A stretch of DNA of 64,000 nt from Candidatus Spongiisociaceae bacterium (GCA_965202665.1 OZ241841.1:640001-704000), one strand, 5' to 3'. Positions 48,151 to 58,221 are shown, counted from the first letter of the stretch. Translations and numbers: made by a program. The notes: generated by a model from the letters alone, not told the origin.

Positions 48151-49134
48151 TCAGGAAAGTTCCCCTCCGGCCAGGATTTCGGCCAAAACGGACGGGTCCG
48201 CGTTTCCGCCCGAAACTAGGGCCAGGACCGCCCCCGGATGGGAGACCTTGCCGGAAAGGAAAGCGGCCGCCGCCACCGCCCCGCCCGGTTCGGCCAGGAT
48301 TTTGACCCGGAACAGCAGGATGCGCACCGCATGGGCGATTTCTTCTTCGCTCACCAGCACAATGTCGTCCAAAAAGGCCTGCAGATGGCGGAAGGGAATG
48401 GTTCCGGGGCGGGGACCGGTGAGGGCGTCGGCCATGGTTTCCACCCGCGGGATGGAAGTGGGCTCGCCCGCCCGCCAGGACACATAGGCCGCGTTGGCGC
48501 CCTCCGGTTGCACCCCGATCACTTTCACGCCGGGGCGGGCCGTTTTGACCGCGGTCGCTATCCCGGCCGCCAAACCCCCGCTGGAAACGGGAACCAGGAT
48601 GGTCCCGGCCCGCGGGGCCTGCTCCATCATTTCCAGGCCGATGGTTCCGTGGCCGGCGATGGCCTGCGGGGATTCGAAAGTGTCCAAGGCCGACATTCCC
48701 CGTTCGGCGGCCACCCGCCGCACGGTGGGCATGCGGGCGGCGAAAGAGTCGCACATCACCACCTCCGCCCCGTAACGGGCGGCGGCCGCCACTTTCACCG
48801 GAGCGGTGTATTCCGGCATCACCACCGCCGTGGGAACCCCGGCGACCGTCCCCGCATAGGCGAAAGCCTGGGCGAAGTTGCCGGAGGAGGCCATTACGAT
48901 CCCCCGCTCCCGCCGCTCCCCCTCCAAGCCGCCGACGATGTGAAAGGCGGCCCGGGCCTTGTAGGAGCCGGTCACCTGCAGGTTCTCGCATTTGACCAGC
49001 AACCGTTCCGACCCCGCCTCCTGCGGGTCGCGGGCAACCGGCAAAACGGGGGTGAGGCGCACCTGCGTGGGCGCCCCGGCCCGGGCTTCCCCGATTTCCC
49101 GGGCGGTCACCAAACGGTCGGGGTTGTCTTCCAT
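48151..49134 (-). CDS. Threonine/serine dehydratase (serine-racemase-like)
   Basis: KCENLQVTGSYKAR, SSGNFAQ, GHGTIGLE, VSSGGL, EPGGA, SGGN. Confidence 0.9.
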   Translation of the reverse strand: MEDNPDRLVTAREIGEARAGAPTQVRLTPVLPVARDPQEAGSERLLVKCENLQVTGSYKARAAFHIVGGLEGERRERGIVMASSGNFAQAFAYAGTVAGVPTAVVMPEYTAPVKVAAAARYGAEVVMCDSFAARMPTVRRVAAERGMSALDTFESPQAIAGHGTIGLEMMEQAPRAGTILVPVSSGGLAAGIATAVKTARPGVKVIGVQPEGANAAYVSWRAGEPTSIPRVETMADALTGPRPGTIPFRHLQAFLDDIVLVSEEEIAHAVRILLFRVKILAEPGGAVAAAAFLSGKVSHPGAVLALVSGGNADPSVLAEILAGGELS

Positions 49135-49233
49135 GCCGGCCAGCGTACTCCGCCCGCGCGCAACGGGAGGGTGTTACGGCGTCGGAGACGGGGCGGGTAT
49201 AATCGGATGACGGAAATCAACCGAGGAGCGCCT

Positions 49234-51351
49234 TTGTCCGGCGGCGACATGAGCGATATAAGAGTCGGCGTCGACATCGGCGGCACTTTCACCGACCTGA
49301 TGCTGATCGATAGCGGGGGGCGGGTGGAGATCGGCAAAACTTTGACCACCGCCGACCCGTCGCAGGGGGTGGAACAGGTCCTGGTGGAGGTTCTGCAGCG
49401 GATCGGGCGAGGCGGGGAGGCGGTGCGCAACGTAGTCCACGGCACCACCCTGGTCACCAACGCCATCATCGAACGCAAAGGGGCCCGCACCGCCCTGATC
49501 GCCACCGCCGGATTCCGGGATTCGGTGGAAATCGGGCGGGAGCACCGCTACGACCTGTACGACTTGATGCTGGAGCATCCCGCCCCCCTGGTCCCCCGCC
49601 ATCTGCGATTCGAAGTTCCGGAAAGGACCCTGGCCGACGGAACCCATCTCATACCGCTGGACGAGGCCCACACCGCCCGGCTGGCGGCAGAGTTGGACGA
49701 GGCGGGGGTGGAGGCGGCGGCGGTTTGTTTCCTGCATTCCTACACCAACCCCGATTCGGAAAACCGGGCCCGCAAAGTGTTCAACGAGGCCGCCCCCCGC
49801 CTGCGGGTTTCCCTCTCCTCGGAGGCGGCCCCGGAGCTGGGGGAGTTCGCCCGGGCCTCCACCACCATCGCCAACGTGTACGTGCAGCCCCTGGTGGAAC
49901 GTTACCTGACCGAACTGCAGTCCCGCCTGGCCCGCCTGGGAGTAGGCGGCCAACTGCTGGTGATGCTGTCCGGGGGCGGGGTGGCCGCCCCCTCCACTTG
50001 CATCCAACACCCGATCCGCATGCTGGAATCCGGCCCGGCGGCCGGGGCTTTGGCGGCGGCCGGAATCGGGGAGGCCAACGGTCGGGGGGCTATGCTCTCC
50101 TTCGACATGGGGGGCACCACCGCCAAGCTGTCGGTGGTGGAGGGGGGGAGCCCGCTCATCGCCAACGAATTCGAGGTGGACCGCCGCTACCGGTTCAAAA
50201 AAGGGTCGGGCCTGCCCATCAAAGCCCCGGTGATTGAAATGATCGAGATCGGGGCGGGCGGGGGTTCCATCGCCCGGGTGGACTCCCTGGGCCTGCTCAA
50301 GGCGGGTCCCGACTCGTCGGGGGCCGATCCGGGGCCGGCCTGCTACGGACGGGGCGGGCGCCTGCCCACCGTCACCGACGCCGACTTGGCCCTGGGCTAC
50401 CTGGATCCGGATTTTTTCCTGGGCGGGGCGCTGCGGTTGGACAAAGGGGCCGCCGAAGAGGCGCTGCGCGCCGAAATCGCCGAGCCGATGGGCGTTTCGG
50501 TAGCCGAAGCCGCCTTCGGGGTGTGCCGGGTGGTGGACGAGAACATGGCCAACGCCGCCCGGGTGCACGTCATCGAACGGGGCAAAAACCCGCTCGCCCT
50601 GGGGGTGATCGCCTTCGGGGGGGCGGGGCCGGTGCACGGCTACCGGGTGGCGGAACTGCTGGGATGTTCGGAGCTGATCCTCCCCTACGGGGCGGGGGTG
50701 GCTTCGGCCATGGGGCTGCTGGCCGCTCCCGCCGCCTTCGACTTCGTGCGCCCCCATTACGGGCGGTTGGACGAGCTGGACTGGGAGCGGGTGACCGCCC
50801 TGTTGGAGGAGATGGAGGCGCAGGGGGCGGGCCTGTTGGCCGAATCGGGGGCCGGACCGGACCAGATCACCCACGCCCGTTCGGCGGACATCCGCTACGT
50901 GGGGCAGGGCCATCACATCAGCGTGCCCGTTCCGGGCGGGGCGTTGACCGCCGGCCATCGCCCGGCCATCGCCGCCGACTTCGACCGCATCTACCAAAAC
51001 CTGTACGGGCGGGAGGGGCCGCCGGTGGAACTGGAGGCCCTCAGTTGGCGGGTGACCAGCCGGGGCCCCCGCCCGGATCTGCCCGCCATGGGGGGCGGTT
51101 CCCCCGCCGGCCCGGACGCGGCCCGCAAAGGGGAGCGCCCCGCCTATTTCGCCTCCCCGGACCATCCGGCGGGCGGCTTCGTCCCCACCCCGGTCTACGA
51201 CCGCTACCGGCTGGGACCGGGGGCGGAGATCCGCGGACCGGCCATCATCGAAGAACGGGAATCCACGGCGGTGATCGGGCCGGGGGGGCGGGTGCGGGTG
51301 AACGGGCGCCTGGACCTGGTGGCGGAAGTGGGCGGCGGGGGGCGGGAATGA
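49234..51351 (+). CDS. Hydantoinase A/5-oxoprolinase family subunit
   Basis: VDIGGTFTD, HGTTLVTNA, ESGPAAG, DMGGTT, IGAGGGS, PGPACYG, FGGAG; TTG after GAGGAG SD (alternative ATG 49249); TATAAT at 49198. Confidence 0.93.
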   Translation: MSGGDMSDIRVGVDIGGTFTDLMLIDSGGRVEIGKTLTTADPSQGVEQVLVEVLQRIGRGGEAVRNVVHGTTLVTNAIIERKGARTALIATAGFRDSVEIGREHRYDLYDLMLEHPAPLVPRHLRFEVPERTLADGTHLIPLDEAHTARLAAELDEAGVEAAAVCFLHSYTNPDSENRARKVFNEAAPRLRVSLSSEAAPELGEFARASTTIANVYVQPLVERYLTELQSRLARLGVGGQLLVMLSGGGVAAPSTCIQHPIRMLESGPAAGALAAAGIGEANGRGAMLSFDMGGTTAKLSVVEGGSPLIANEFEVDRRYRFKKGSGLPIKAPVIEMIEIGAGGGSIARVDSLGLLKAGPDSSGADPGPACYGRGGRLPTVTDADLALGYLDPDFFLGGALRLDKGAAEEALRAEIAEPMGVSVAEAAFGVCRVVDENMANAARVHVIERGKNPLALGVIAFGGAGPVHGYRVAELLGCSELILPYGAGVASAMGLLAAPAAFDFVRPHYGRLDELDWERVTALLEEMEAQGAGLLAESGAGPDQITHARSADIRYVGQGHHISVPVPGGALTAGHRPAIAADFDRIYQNLYGREGPPVELEALSWRVTSRGPRPDLPAMGGGSPAGPDAARKGERPAYFASPDHPAGGFVPTPVYDRYRLGPGAEIRGPAIIEERESTAVIGPGGRVRVNGRLDLVAEVGGGGRE

Positions 51352-53099
51352 CCGGAGTCAAAAACTTGGACGCGGTGCAGGTGGAGGTGCTGTGGAACCG
51401 GTTGCTGGCGGTGGTGGACGAACAGCAGGTGGCTTTGCAGCGCACCGCTTTCAGCACCATCCTGCGGGAAACTCAGGATTTGGCCTGCGGGGTGTTCGAC
51501 GCCGAGGCCCGCATGATGGCCCAGTCCATGACCGGCACCCCCGGCCATATCAACGCCATGGCCACCGGGGTGCGCCATTTCCTCCGGGAGTTTCCACCCG
51601 GGTCGCTGCAGCCGGGGGATGTGCTGATAACCAACGACCCGTGGATGACCGCCGGCCAAATCAACGACCTGACGGTGCTCACCCCGGTGTTCCGGGGAGG
51701 GCGGGAAGTCGCCTACTTCGCCAACACCTGCCACGCCCCCGACATCGGGGGGCGCATCCTGTCCGCCCAGGCCCGGGAAGTGTACGAGGAGGGGCTGCGG
51801 GTGCCGATCATGAAACTCTACGACCGGGGGGAGATCAACCGGGATCTGATAAACATCGTGCGGGCCAACGTGCGCACCCCCGACGAAACGGTGGGCGACC
51901 TGTACGCCCAGACCGCCTGCAACGACGTGGGGGCCCGTTCGCTGACGCGCTTCATGGACGAATTCGGCTTGGACGACGTGGAGCCGCTCTCCCGGGAAAT
52001 CATTTCCCGTTCGGAGCGGGCCATGCGGGAGGCCATCCGCCGCATCCCCAACGGGACGTACCGGCATCAAACTTGGAGCGACGGGTTCGAGGAGCCGATC
52101 CTGCTGAAAGCGGCCATCACGGTGGAGGACGAGGACATTTTCATCGACTTCGCCGGTTCCTCCCCGGAGAGCGCCCGGGGCATCAACGTGGTGATGAACT
52201 ACACCCACGCCTACGCCTCTTTCGCCATGAAAGCGGCCGTCACCCCCGAAGTGCCCCACAACGACGGGGCCTTCCGTCCGGTGCACGTCAGCGCCCCCCG
52301 GGGCTCCATCCTCAACTGCCGGGAACCGCGGGCGGTGGCCTCCCGCCACCTGATCGGGCATTTCCTGCCGGGGGTGATCTTCGGGGCGCTGGCCCAGGCC
52401 ATGCCCGACCGCCTCATAGCCCCCGGGGCCGACCCGATTTGGATTTCCATCTGCCGGGGCCGGCGCGGCGAAGACGCCGACCCGTTCACGTTCAGCCTGT
52501 TCCAAGCGGGGGGGATGGGGGCCCGGGCCGGCAAAGACGGGCTGGCGGCCACCGGTTTCCCCAGCGGGGTGGCGGGGGTGGCCGCCGAGTCTCTGGAAAC
52601 CCTCACCTCCCTGGTGCAGCACCGCCGGGAGTTGCGGACCGACTCCGGCGGCCCCGGCCGCTACCGGGGCGGCCTCGGCCAGTGGAGTTCCCTCAGTTGC
52701 CGCACCGACCAGCCGTGGACCCTGTCGGCCATGGTGGACCGCATCCGGCATCCGGCGGAAGGCCTGCTGGGCGGCCGTTTCGGAGGGACGGGTTCGTTGC
52801 GCATCAACGACCAGGAGGAGGCGCAACCGAAACGGCTGCTGATGCTGCAACCCGGCGACCGGGTGCACATCGACCCGCCCGGCGGGGGCGGCTACGGCGA
52901 CCCGTTGCTCCGCGACCCGCAGGCGGTGTTGCGGGATGTGATCGAAGGCTACGCGTCCATTGAGGGAGCGGAGCGGGATTACGGGGCGGTGGTGGAATAC
53001 ATCGGCGGCCCCGACCGCCTGGTGCGCCTCCCCGAACATTACCGCTTGGACGAGGAAGCCACCCGCCGCCTCCGGCGGGAACGAACCGCCGCCCGATAA
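51348..53099 (+). CDS. Hydantoinase B/5-oxoprolinase family subunit
   Basis: RTAFSTILRE, NDPW, CHAPDIGG, EEGL, DFAGSS, DSGGPGRYRGG, PGGGGYGDP; ATGA overlap. Confidence 0.93.
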   Translation: MTGVKNLDAVQVEVLWNRLLAVVDEQQVALQRTAFSTILRETQDLACGVFDAEARMMAQSMTGTPGHINAMATGVRHFLREFPPGSLQPGDVLITNDPWMTAGQINDLTVLTPVFRGGREVAYFANTCHAPDIGGRILSAQAREVYEEGLRVPIMKLYDRGEINRDLINIVRANVRTPDETVGDLYAQTACNDVGARSLTRFMDEFGLDDVEPLSREIISRSERAMREAIRRIPNGTYRHQTWSDGFEEPILLKAAITVEDEDIFIDFAGSSPESARGINVVMNYTHAYASFAMKAAVTPEVPHNDGAFRPVHVSAPRGSILNCREPRAVASRHLIGHFLPGVIFGALAQAMPDRLIAPGADPIWISICRGRRGEDADPFTFSLFQAGGMGARAGKDGLAATGFPSGVAGVAAESLETLTSLVQHRRELRTDSGGPGRYRGGLGQWSSLSCRTDQPWTLSAMVDRIRHPAEGLLGGRFGGTGSLRINDQEEAQPKRLLMLQPGDRVHIDPPGGGGYGDPLLRDPQAVLRDVIEGYASIEGAERDYGAVVEYIGGPDRLVRLPEHYRLDEEATRRLRRERTAAR

Positions 53100-53219
53100 C
53101 CGGTTCCCAGGGGGGAGGGGGGAGGCTCGCCCCCAACACGCCGGCGAGCCTCCTTCATAACTTGTTCCCGCCCCGGTCCCGCAACTGCCGCTCCGTCGGC
53201 GGGGAAAACCTATCCTAGT

Positions 53220-53828
53220 TTAGCGGTCCGGCTCCTCGTCGGGCGGCAATGCCTGGTACAACTCGGCCCGCATGGTGCGGGTGTGGTTGAGCAGGCGGGC
53301 CAACAGCCCTTCCAGCCGTTCCAGCCGGTCCGACATGTAATCCTCGGCTTCCAGACGGATGCGATGGGCGTCGTCCTCGGCCCGGCGAATCAAGATACTA
53401 GCCTCTTCGGAGGCCTCGGCGATGATATTGGACTCCGACACCAACTGGTTGGCCTTGGTGCGGGCCTTGGCCACCAGGTTGCGGGCCTGCTCGTTGGTGC
53501 GGGACACGAACAGTTCCCGCTCCCGAACCATCCACCGGGCGGCCCGTATTTCCTCCGGCAACCGGTCGCGCAGGATGTGCAGCATTTCCAGCATCTGATC
53601 CCGATCCATCACCACGTTGCTGGACAGGGGCACCGACTTGGCCGACTCCACCGACAGGATCATCTCATCGATCAGATCCTGCATTTCCCCCACCGTGGGC
53701 AGATCCGGAACTTCCTCATACCGCTCCGAACGGGCGGAGGCCGCCTCCTCAACGATGGCGTCCAACGGGTCCACATCCGGGCGGACCGGCGGGGGCTGCG
53801 CCTCCGGGAAGCCTTCGTAATCGGTCAT
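53220..53828 (-). CDS. Coiled-coil DivIVA/SepIVA-like protein typical of coaD operons
   Basis: AKSVPLS..V.MDR, LPEEIRAARWMVRERE; ATGA overlap with coaD. Confidence 0.7.
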   Translation of the reverse strand: MTDYEGFPEAQPPPVRPDVDPLDAIVEEAASARSERYEEVPDLPTVGEMQDLIDEMILSVESAKSVPLSSNVVMDRDQMLEMLHILRDRLPEEIRAARWMVRERELFVSRTNEQARNLVAKARTKANQLVSESNIIAEASEEASILIRRAEDDAHRIRLEAEDYMSDRLERLEGLLARLLNHTRTMRAELYQALPPDEEPDR

Positions 53829-54301
53829 TGCGACCACCGTTCCTTCAATCTGCGGCCCACCCCGGCGGGCACCAGCCGATCCACCGCCCCTCCCAGCCGT
53901 CCCACCTCTTTTACCAGGGAAGAGGAAAGATAGCCGTATTCCGGACTGGTGGGAATGAACACGGTGTCGATGCGGGACAGGCTGTGGTTCATCTGCGCCA
54001 TCTGCAATTCATAGTCGAAGTCGGACACGGCCCGCAACCCTTTTACGATAACGTCCACCTCCGCTTCCCGGGCGAAATCCACCAGCAACCCGGCGAAGGA
54101 GGCCACCTCCACCTCCGGGTGGGAGGCGAACAGCTCCTCCAGCATCTCCATCCGCTCTTCGGCGGAAAACATGGGGGCTTTGGACGGATTGCGAATGACG
54201 GCCACCACCACCCGGTCGAACACCGACGCGCTGCGCCGGATGACGTCCAGATGCCCGTTGGTGGGCGGGTCGAAACTCCCCGGGCACAGGCCTGTGGTCA
54301 C
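53825..54301 (-). CDS. coaD: Phosphopantetheine adenylyltransferase
   Basis: CPGSFDPPTNGH, KGLRAVSDFDYE, LSSSLVKEV; AGGAGA SD before GTG. Confidence 0.97.
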   Translation of the reverse strand: MTTGLCPGSFDPPTNGHLDVIRRSASVFDRVVVAVIRNPSKAPMFSAEERMEMLEELFASHPEVEVASFAGLLVDFAREAEVDVIVKGLRAVSDFDYELQMAQMNHSLSRIDTVFIPTSPEYGYLSSSLVKEVGRLGGAVDRLVPAGVGRRLKERWSQ

Positions 54302-54348
54302 CGCATCTCCTAACCGGCGGCCGCCGCCGACCGCCATACCCGGCCAGT

Positions 54349-54885
54349 TTACCGCCGATAGCGCAAAATTCTAGCGGAACCGTAGGTGCGGTCGTCCTCC
54401 AAAGTCAAACCTTCCGCCTGCGGAACGGGCCCCCCCGTCCGGCGATGGGCCACCAACGCCCCGCCCGGGGCTAAAAGCCGCCCCGCCGCCGCCAGCGCCC
54501 CCTCCGCCGCATCGTCCGGCAAACGGTAGGGGGGGTCGAAGAACACCAGGTCGTAGGCGTCCCGGGGGGAAGCCCCGGCCAGGAAACGGTCCGCTTCCGC
54601 ACCGGAGGCCCGCCCCCCCAGCCCCACCCGGTCGATGTTGGAGCGCAACGTTTCCAACACCGACCGGTCCCGCTCCACGAACACCGCCGAGGCCGCTCCC
54701 CGGCTGAGGGCCTCCAACCCCAGCGACCCGGTTCCGGCGTAGAGGTCCAGCACTCTCGCCCCCGGGACCTCCGCCGCCAAAGATGAAAACACCGCCTCCC
54801 GCACCCGGTCGGTCATGGGACGCACCCCCGGACCGGGGGGGGATTTCAGCCGTCGGCCTTTGGCGCGTCCGGCGATCACCCTCAT
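54349..54885 (-). CDS. rsmD: 16S rRNA m2G966 methyltransferase
   Basis: MRVIAG, RPMTDRVRE, LDLYAGTGSLGLEALSRGA, DPPY. Confidence 0.95.
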   Translation of the reverse strand: MRVIAGRAKGRRLKSPPGPGVRPMTDRVREAVFSSLAAEVPGARVLDLYAGTGSLGLEALSRGAASAVFVERDRSVLETLRSNIDRVGLGGRASGAEADRFLAGASPRDAYDLVFFDPPYRLPDDAAEGALAAAGRLLAPGGALVAHRRTGGPVPQAEGLTLEDDRTYGSARILRYRR

Positions 54886-57122
54886 GAGGCGAACAGCCAT
54901 TCCACATCGTCCCCCAGCAGGGCCCGCACTTCTTCCCGCAACTCCGGATGGGCGTCCAATCTCGGATCCCGGTCCACGAGGGCGAAGGCCTCGCGGCGGG
55001 CCGCCTCCAGTTCTTTAATATCCCGCAGAATGTTGGCGATTTTCAAGTCGGAAATCCCCGACTGGCGATCCCCGAACACCGTTCCCGGCTTGCGCAGTTC
55101 CAAATCTTTTTTGGCCAGGGCGAACCCGTCGTCGGTTTCCACCATGGCCTGAATGCGGGCCGCCCCGTCCTCGGTGGACGGCTCGGCCATCAACGCGCAC
55201 TGCGAAGGGTGCTTCCCCCTCCCCACCCGCCCCCGCAGCTGGTGCAACTGGCTGAGCCCGAACCGGTCCGCGTCCCGAATGACCATCAAAGAGGCGTTGG
55301 GCACGTCGATTCCCACTTCGATGACGGTGGTGGAAACCAGCGCGTCCAGCGACCCGGCGCGGAATTCGTCCATCACCCGGTCTTTTTCCGCCGCCCGCAT
55401 GCGCCCGTGCAACAGGCCCAATCTCAGTTCGGGCAGGTCCTTCCCCAAACGCCGGTATTCGGCTTGCGCGGAGGCCGCCTCCGACTTTTCCGTTTCCTCC
55501 ACCCGCGGGCACACCACGAAAACCTGCCGCCCGGCCGAGACTTCTTTGCGAATCGCCTCATAGACCCGGCGCCGCCCCGCTTCGGATTTGTCAACCGCCC
55601 AAGTTTTGATTTGCGAACGGCCGGGGGGCAGGGACTCCAAAGTGGAAACGTCCAAATCCCCGTACAAAGTCACCGCCAAGGTGCGGGGAATGGGGGTGGC
55701 GGTCATTATCAACAGGTCGGGGTCGCCTTCCCTCGCTTTTTTTTGCAGGCGTTGCCGTTGCCGCACCCCGAACCGGTGCTGTTCGTCCACCACCGCCGCC
55801 CCCAACCGGCGGAAACGCACCCCGGCGGAGATGAGGGCGTGGGTGCCGAAAACCACATCCACTTGCCCCGCCTCGATCATTTGCAGCAACTCTTCCCGCC
55901 TCACGCCGCCCGGGGGGCGAAAGTTGGCTTCGGATTCCTCCCCGGTGAGCAGGGCGACTTTGACGCGCCGGCCGGAACCGTCCCCGTCCGGCTGGTCGAA
56001 CAGGGACTTTTCGTCCGGGGAGGGGGCCATTCCAGCCAACGCTATCAATTCCCGAACTCCCTGATAATGCTGGACGGCCAGCACCTCGGTGGGGGCCATC
56101 ACCGCCGCCTGACAGCCGCCCGCCACCGCGGTCAGGACGGACGCCAACGCCACCACCGTCTTGCCGGAACCGACCTCCCCCTGCAACAGCCGTTGCATGG
56201 CGCGGGGGCGGGCCATGTCTTCTTGGATTTCGTCAATTACCCGCCGCTGGTCGTCGGTGAGGTCATAGGGGAATCCTTCCAAAAAACGGGTCATCAGCGG
56301 GGGATGCGGGCGGTGGGCGATGCCGGAGGATTCGGCCATGTTCCGCTGTTTGGTCATGGCCAAAGCCAACTCCAACCGGAAAAACTCATCGAATGCCAAG
56401 CGGCGGCGGGCCGGGAAGGTCTGCTTGACCGTCTCCGGAAAATGAATCCCGACCAGGGCGGCGTCGCGTTCCAGCAACCTATAGCGGCGGACGATGTCGG
56501 GCGGCAACGGGTCGGGGATGGGCCGGGAGCGGCGCAGAGCGTTCCAGACTCCCCGGCGCAGGTAGCGGGGACCGGCCTCCTTCACCGCCCGGTACATCGG
56601 CACCACCCGTCCGATCTCCAATCCTTCCCCTTTCCCGCCCAACACATCCAGCACCGGGGAGTTCATTTGCAACCTCCCCCGGAACCGCTCCACCTTGCCG
56701 GCCAAGGCGATCTCCGTCCCCTGTTTCAACTGATTGGCGCGGTACGGCTGGTTGAACCACACCGCTTTCAGCGACCCGGTTTCGTCGGCCACTATCGCCT
56801 CCACCATCACCAGGTTGCGCCGCGGACGGCGGGTGGAGACCGACCCCACCAACCCCACCACCGTCACATCGTCCCCCTCCGGCACCTCCCCCAGCGGAAC
56901 CTTCTCCGACCGGTCGATGTAGCGACGGGGGGCATAAAAAAGCAGGTCGGCGACGGAGATGATGCCAGCCTCCTCTAAAGACCGAACCTGTCCCGCGCCA
57001 AACACCTGCCTCATCCGACCCGCCCCGGCGGTTCGGATCAGGCCCACCCCGATGGTTTTCAGATTGGCGAGGCTGCGCCCCGTCCCGATGGGTTCCGGCC
57101 CGGCCGGGTGCTTGTCCTCCAT
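54882..57122 (-). CDS. recG: ATP-dependent DNA helicase RecG
   Basis: PRRYIDR, OB-fold WFNQ, QGEVGSGKT, MAPTEVLA, DEQHRFG, TATPIPRT, QLHQLRGRVGRG. Confidence 0.96.
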   Translation of the reverse strand: MEDKHPAGPEPIGTGRSLANLKTIGVGLIRTAGAGRMRQVFGAGQVRSLEEAGIISVADLLFYAPRRYIDRSEKVPLGEVPEGDDVTVVGLVGSVSTRRPRRNLVMVEAIVADETGSLKAVWFNQPYRANQLKQGTEIALAGKVERFRGRLQMNSPVLDVLGGKGEGLEIGRVVPMYRAVKEAGPRYLRRGVWNALRRSRPIPDPLPPDIVRRYRLLERDAALVGIHFPETVKQTFPARRRLAFDEFFRLELALAMTKQRNMAESSGIAHRPHPPLMTRFLEGFPYDLTDDQRRVIDEIQEDMARPRAMQRLLQGEVGSGKTVVALASVLTAVAGGCQAAVMAPTEVLAVQHYQGVRELIALAGMAPSPDEKSLFDQPDGDGSGRRVKVALLTGEESEANFRPPGGVRREELLQMIEAGQVDVVFGTHALISAGVRFRRLGAAVVDEQHRFGVRQRQRLQKKAREGDPDLLIMTATPIPRTLAVTLYGDLDVSTLESLPPGRSQIKTWAVDKSEAGRRRVYEAIRKEVSAGRQVFVVCPRVEETEKSEAASAQAEYRRLGKDLPELRLGLLHGRMRAAEKDRVMDEFRAGSLDALVSTTVIEVGIDVPNASLMVIRDADRFGLSQLHQLRGRVGRGKHPSQCALMAEPSTEDGAARIQAMVETDDGFALAKKDLELRKPGTVFGDRQSGISDLKIANILRDIKELEAARREAFALVDRDPRLDAHPELREEVRALLGDDVEWLFAS

Positions 57123-57192
57123 GCTCTCAGAATAAGCTTCCCCAGCGGAACGCCCGGCCGACGAAAGCGGCGGGAGAGGTTGTCCGGCTGCG

Positions 57193-57900
57193 TCAAACGC
57201 CGACGGCGGCATCCCAGGCGCTGATGATGGAATCCAGGGAGGCCGACCAGCCGGTGTCCCAGCTGAGGGCGTCCCGGGCCCGCCGCACGGCCGCCCCGGC
57301 CTGTTCGGCGGCGGCCGGGTTGTCCACCGCCCAGGAGGAGGCGTATTTCTCCCAAGCGGCCCTGGTTGCGTTCCAAGCGGCCGTCCATTCCCGGAGCACC
57401 AGTTCCCAGGCGGCCCGGGCGGTGGCTTCCGCCTCCGTCGCCGCATCCATCGTCGCTCCGCCGGCGCGCACCGCGTCCTCCACGTCCAAGGCCTGTTCGG
57501 CGGAGTCTATCGCCGCTTCCAAAGCCGCCTCCTCAGCGTCCCAGGTGACTTTCGCCTCCACCGCGGCCATGGCCGCATCGTCGGCGTCGCGGGCGTTCCA
57601 ATAGGCGTAATCGTTGTCCCAAGCCCTGTCCCAAGCCCGCTTGGCCTCGATCCACAGGGTGCGGGCCTCCTCGAATTCCGCCCACGCCTTGTCCCGGGCG
57701 GCGTTCCATTCCGCATCTTCCCCGTCCAAAGCGTCCAAAGCGGCCCCATAGGAGAACCTGGCTTCCCAGGCGGCCCCCACCGCCTTATCCAAAGTTTGCT
57801 GGACGATCCCCCATGAGTCGCGGGTTTCGGCGACCGGGTCGGTCCCGCAAGCAGTTGCGGCCAACGCCAACGCCGCCAGAATAGAGATGGTTCTACGCAT
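57193..57900 (-). CDS. Ala/Trp-rich helical-repeat lipoprotein of unknown function
   Basis: MRR + hydrophobic stretch + ATAC lipobox; recurrent AW motifs; TATACT 6 nt upstream of ATG (leaderless). Confidence 0.7.
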   Translation of the reverse strand: MRRTISILAALALAATACGTDPVAETRDSWGIVQQTLDKAVGAAWEARFSYGAALDALDGEDAEWNAARDKAWAEFEEARTLWIEAKRAWDRAWDNDYAYWNARDADDAAMAAVEAKVTWDAEEAALEAAIDSAEQALDVEDAVRAGGATMDAATEAEATARAAWELVLREWTAAWNATRAAWEKYASSWAVDNPAAAEQAGAAVRRARDALSWDTGWSASLDSIISAWDAAVGV

Positions 57901-58008
57901 GCCCGTAGTATAAACAAACCATCCCGGCCCGGCGGCATTTTGGTTGGCCGGGGCGGTCAATCGGGGAACACGACGGGGAAGCCGAAGGGCGGGGTAGAAT
58001 GCCCGGTC

Positions 58009-58221
58009 ATGCAAGGCGTGGTGAAAATTTACGACCCGAACACCGGAGCGGGGGTGGTGGTGTGCGACGACGACCAGAGCGAGGTTTACCTGCGGGCCGG
58101 TTCGCTGGCGGGCAGCCTGTTCCGTCTGTTGCGACAGGGGCAACGGATAAACTTTGCGGTGGAGGAGGACGGCGGGCGCCGATGGGCGCACACGGTGCGG
58201 ATAGGTTCCGAAGGCCGCTAA
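58009..58221 (+). CDS. Small cold-shock-domain-like protein
   Basis: MQGVVKIYDP.TG.G...LRQGQRINF OB-fold pattern; TAGAAT just upstream. Confidence 0.75.
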   Translation: MQGVVKIYDPNTGAGVVVCDDDQSEVYLRAGSLAGSLFRLLRQGQRINFAVEEDGGRRWAHTVRIGSEGR

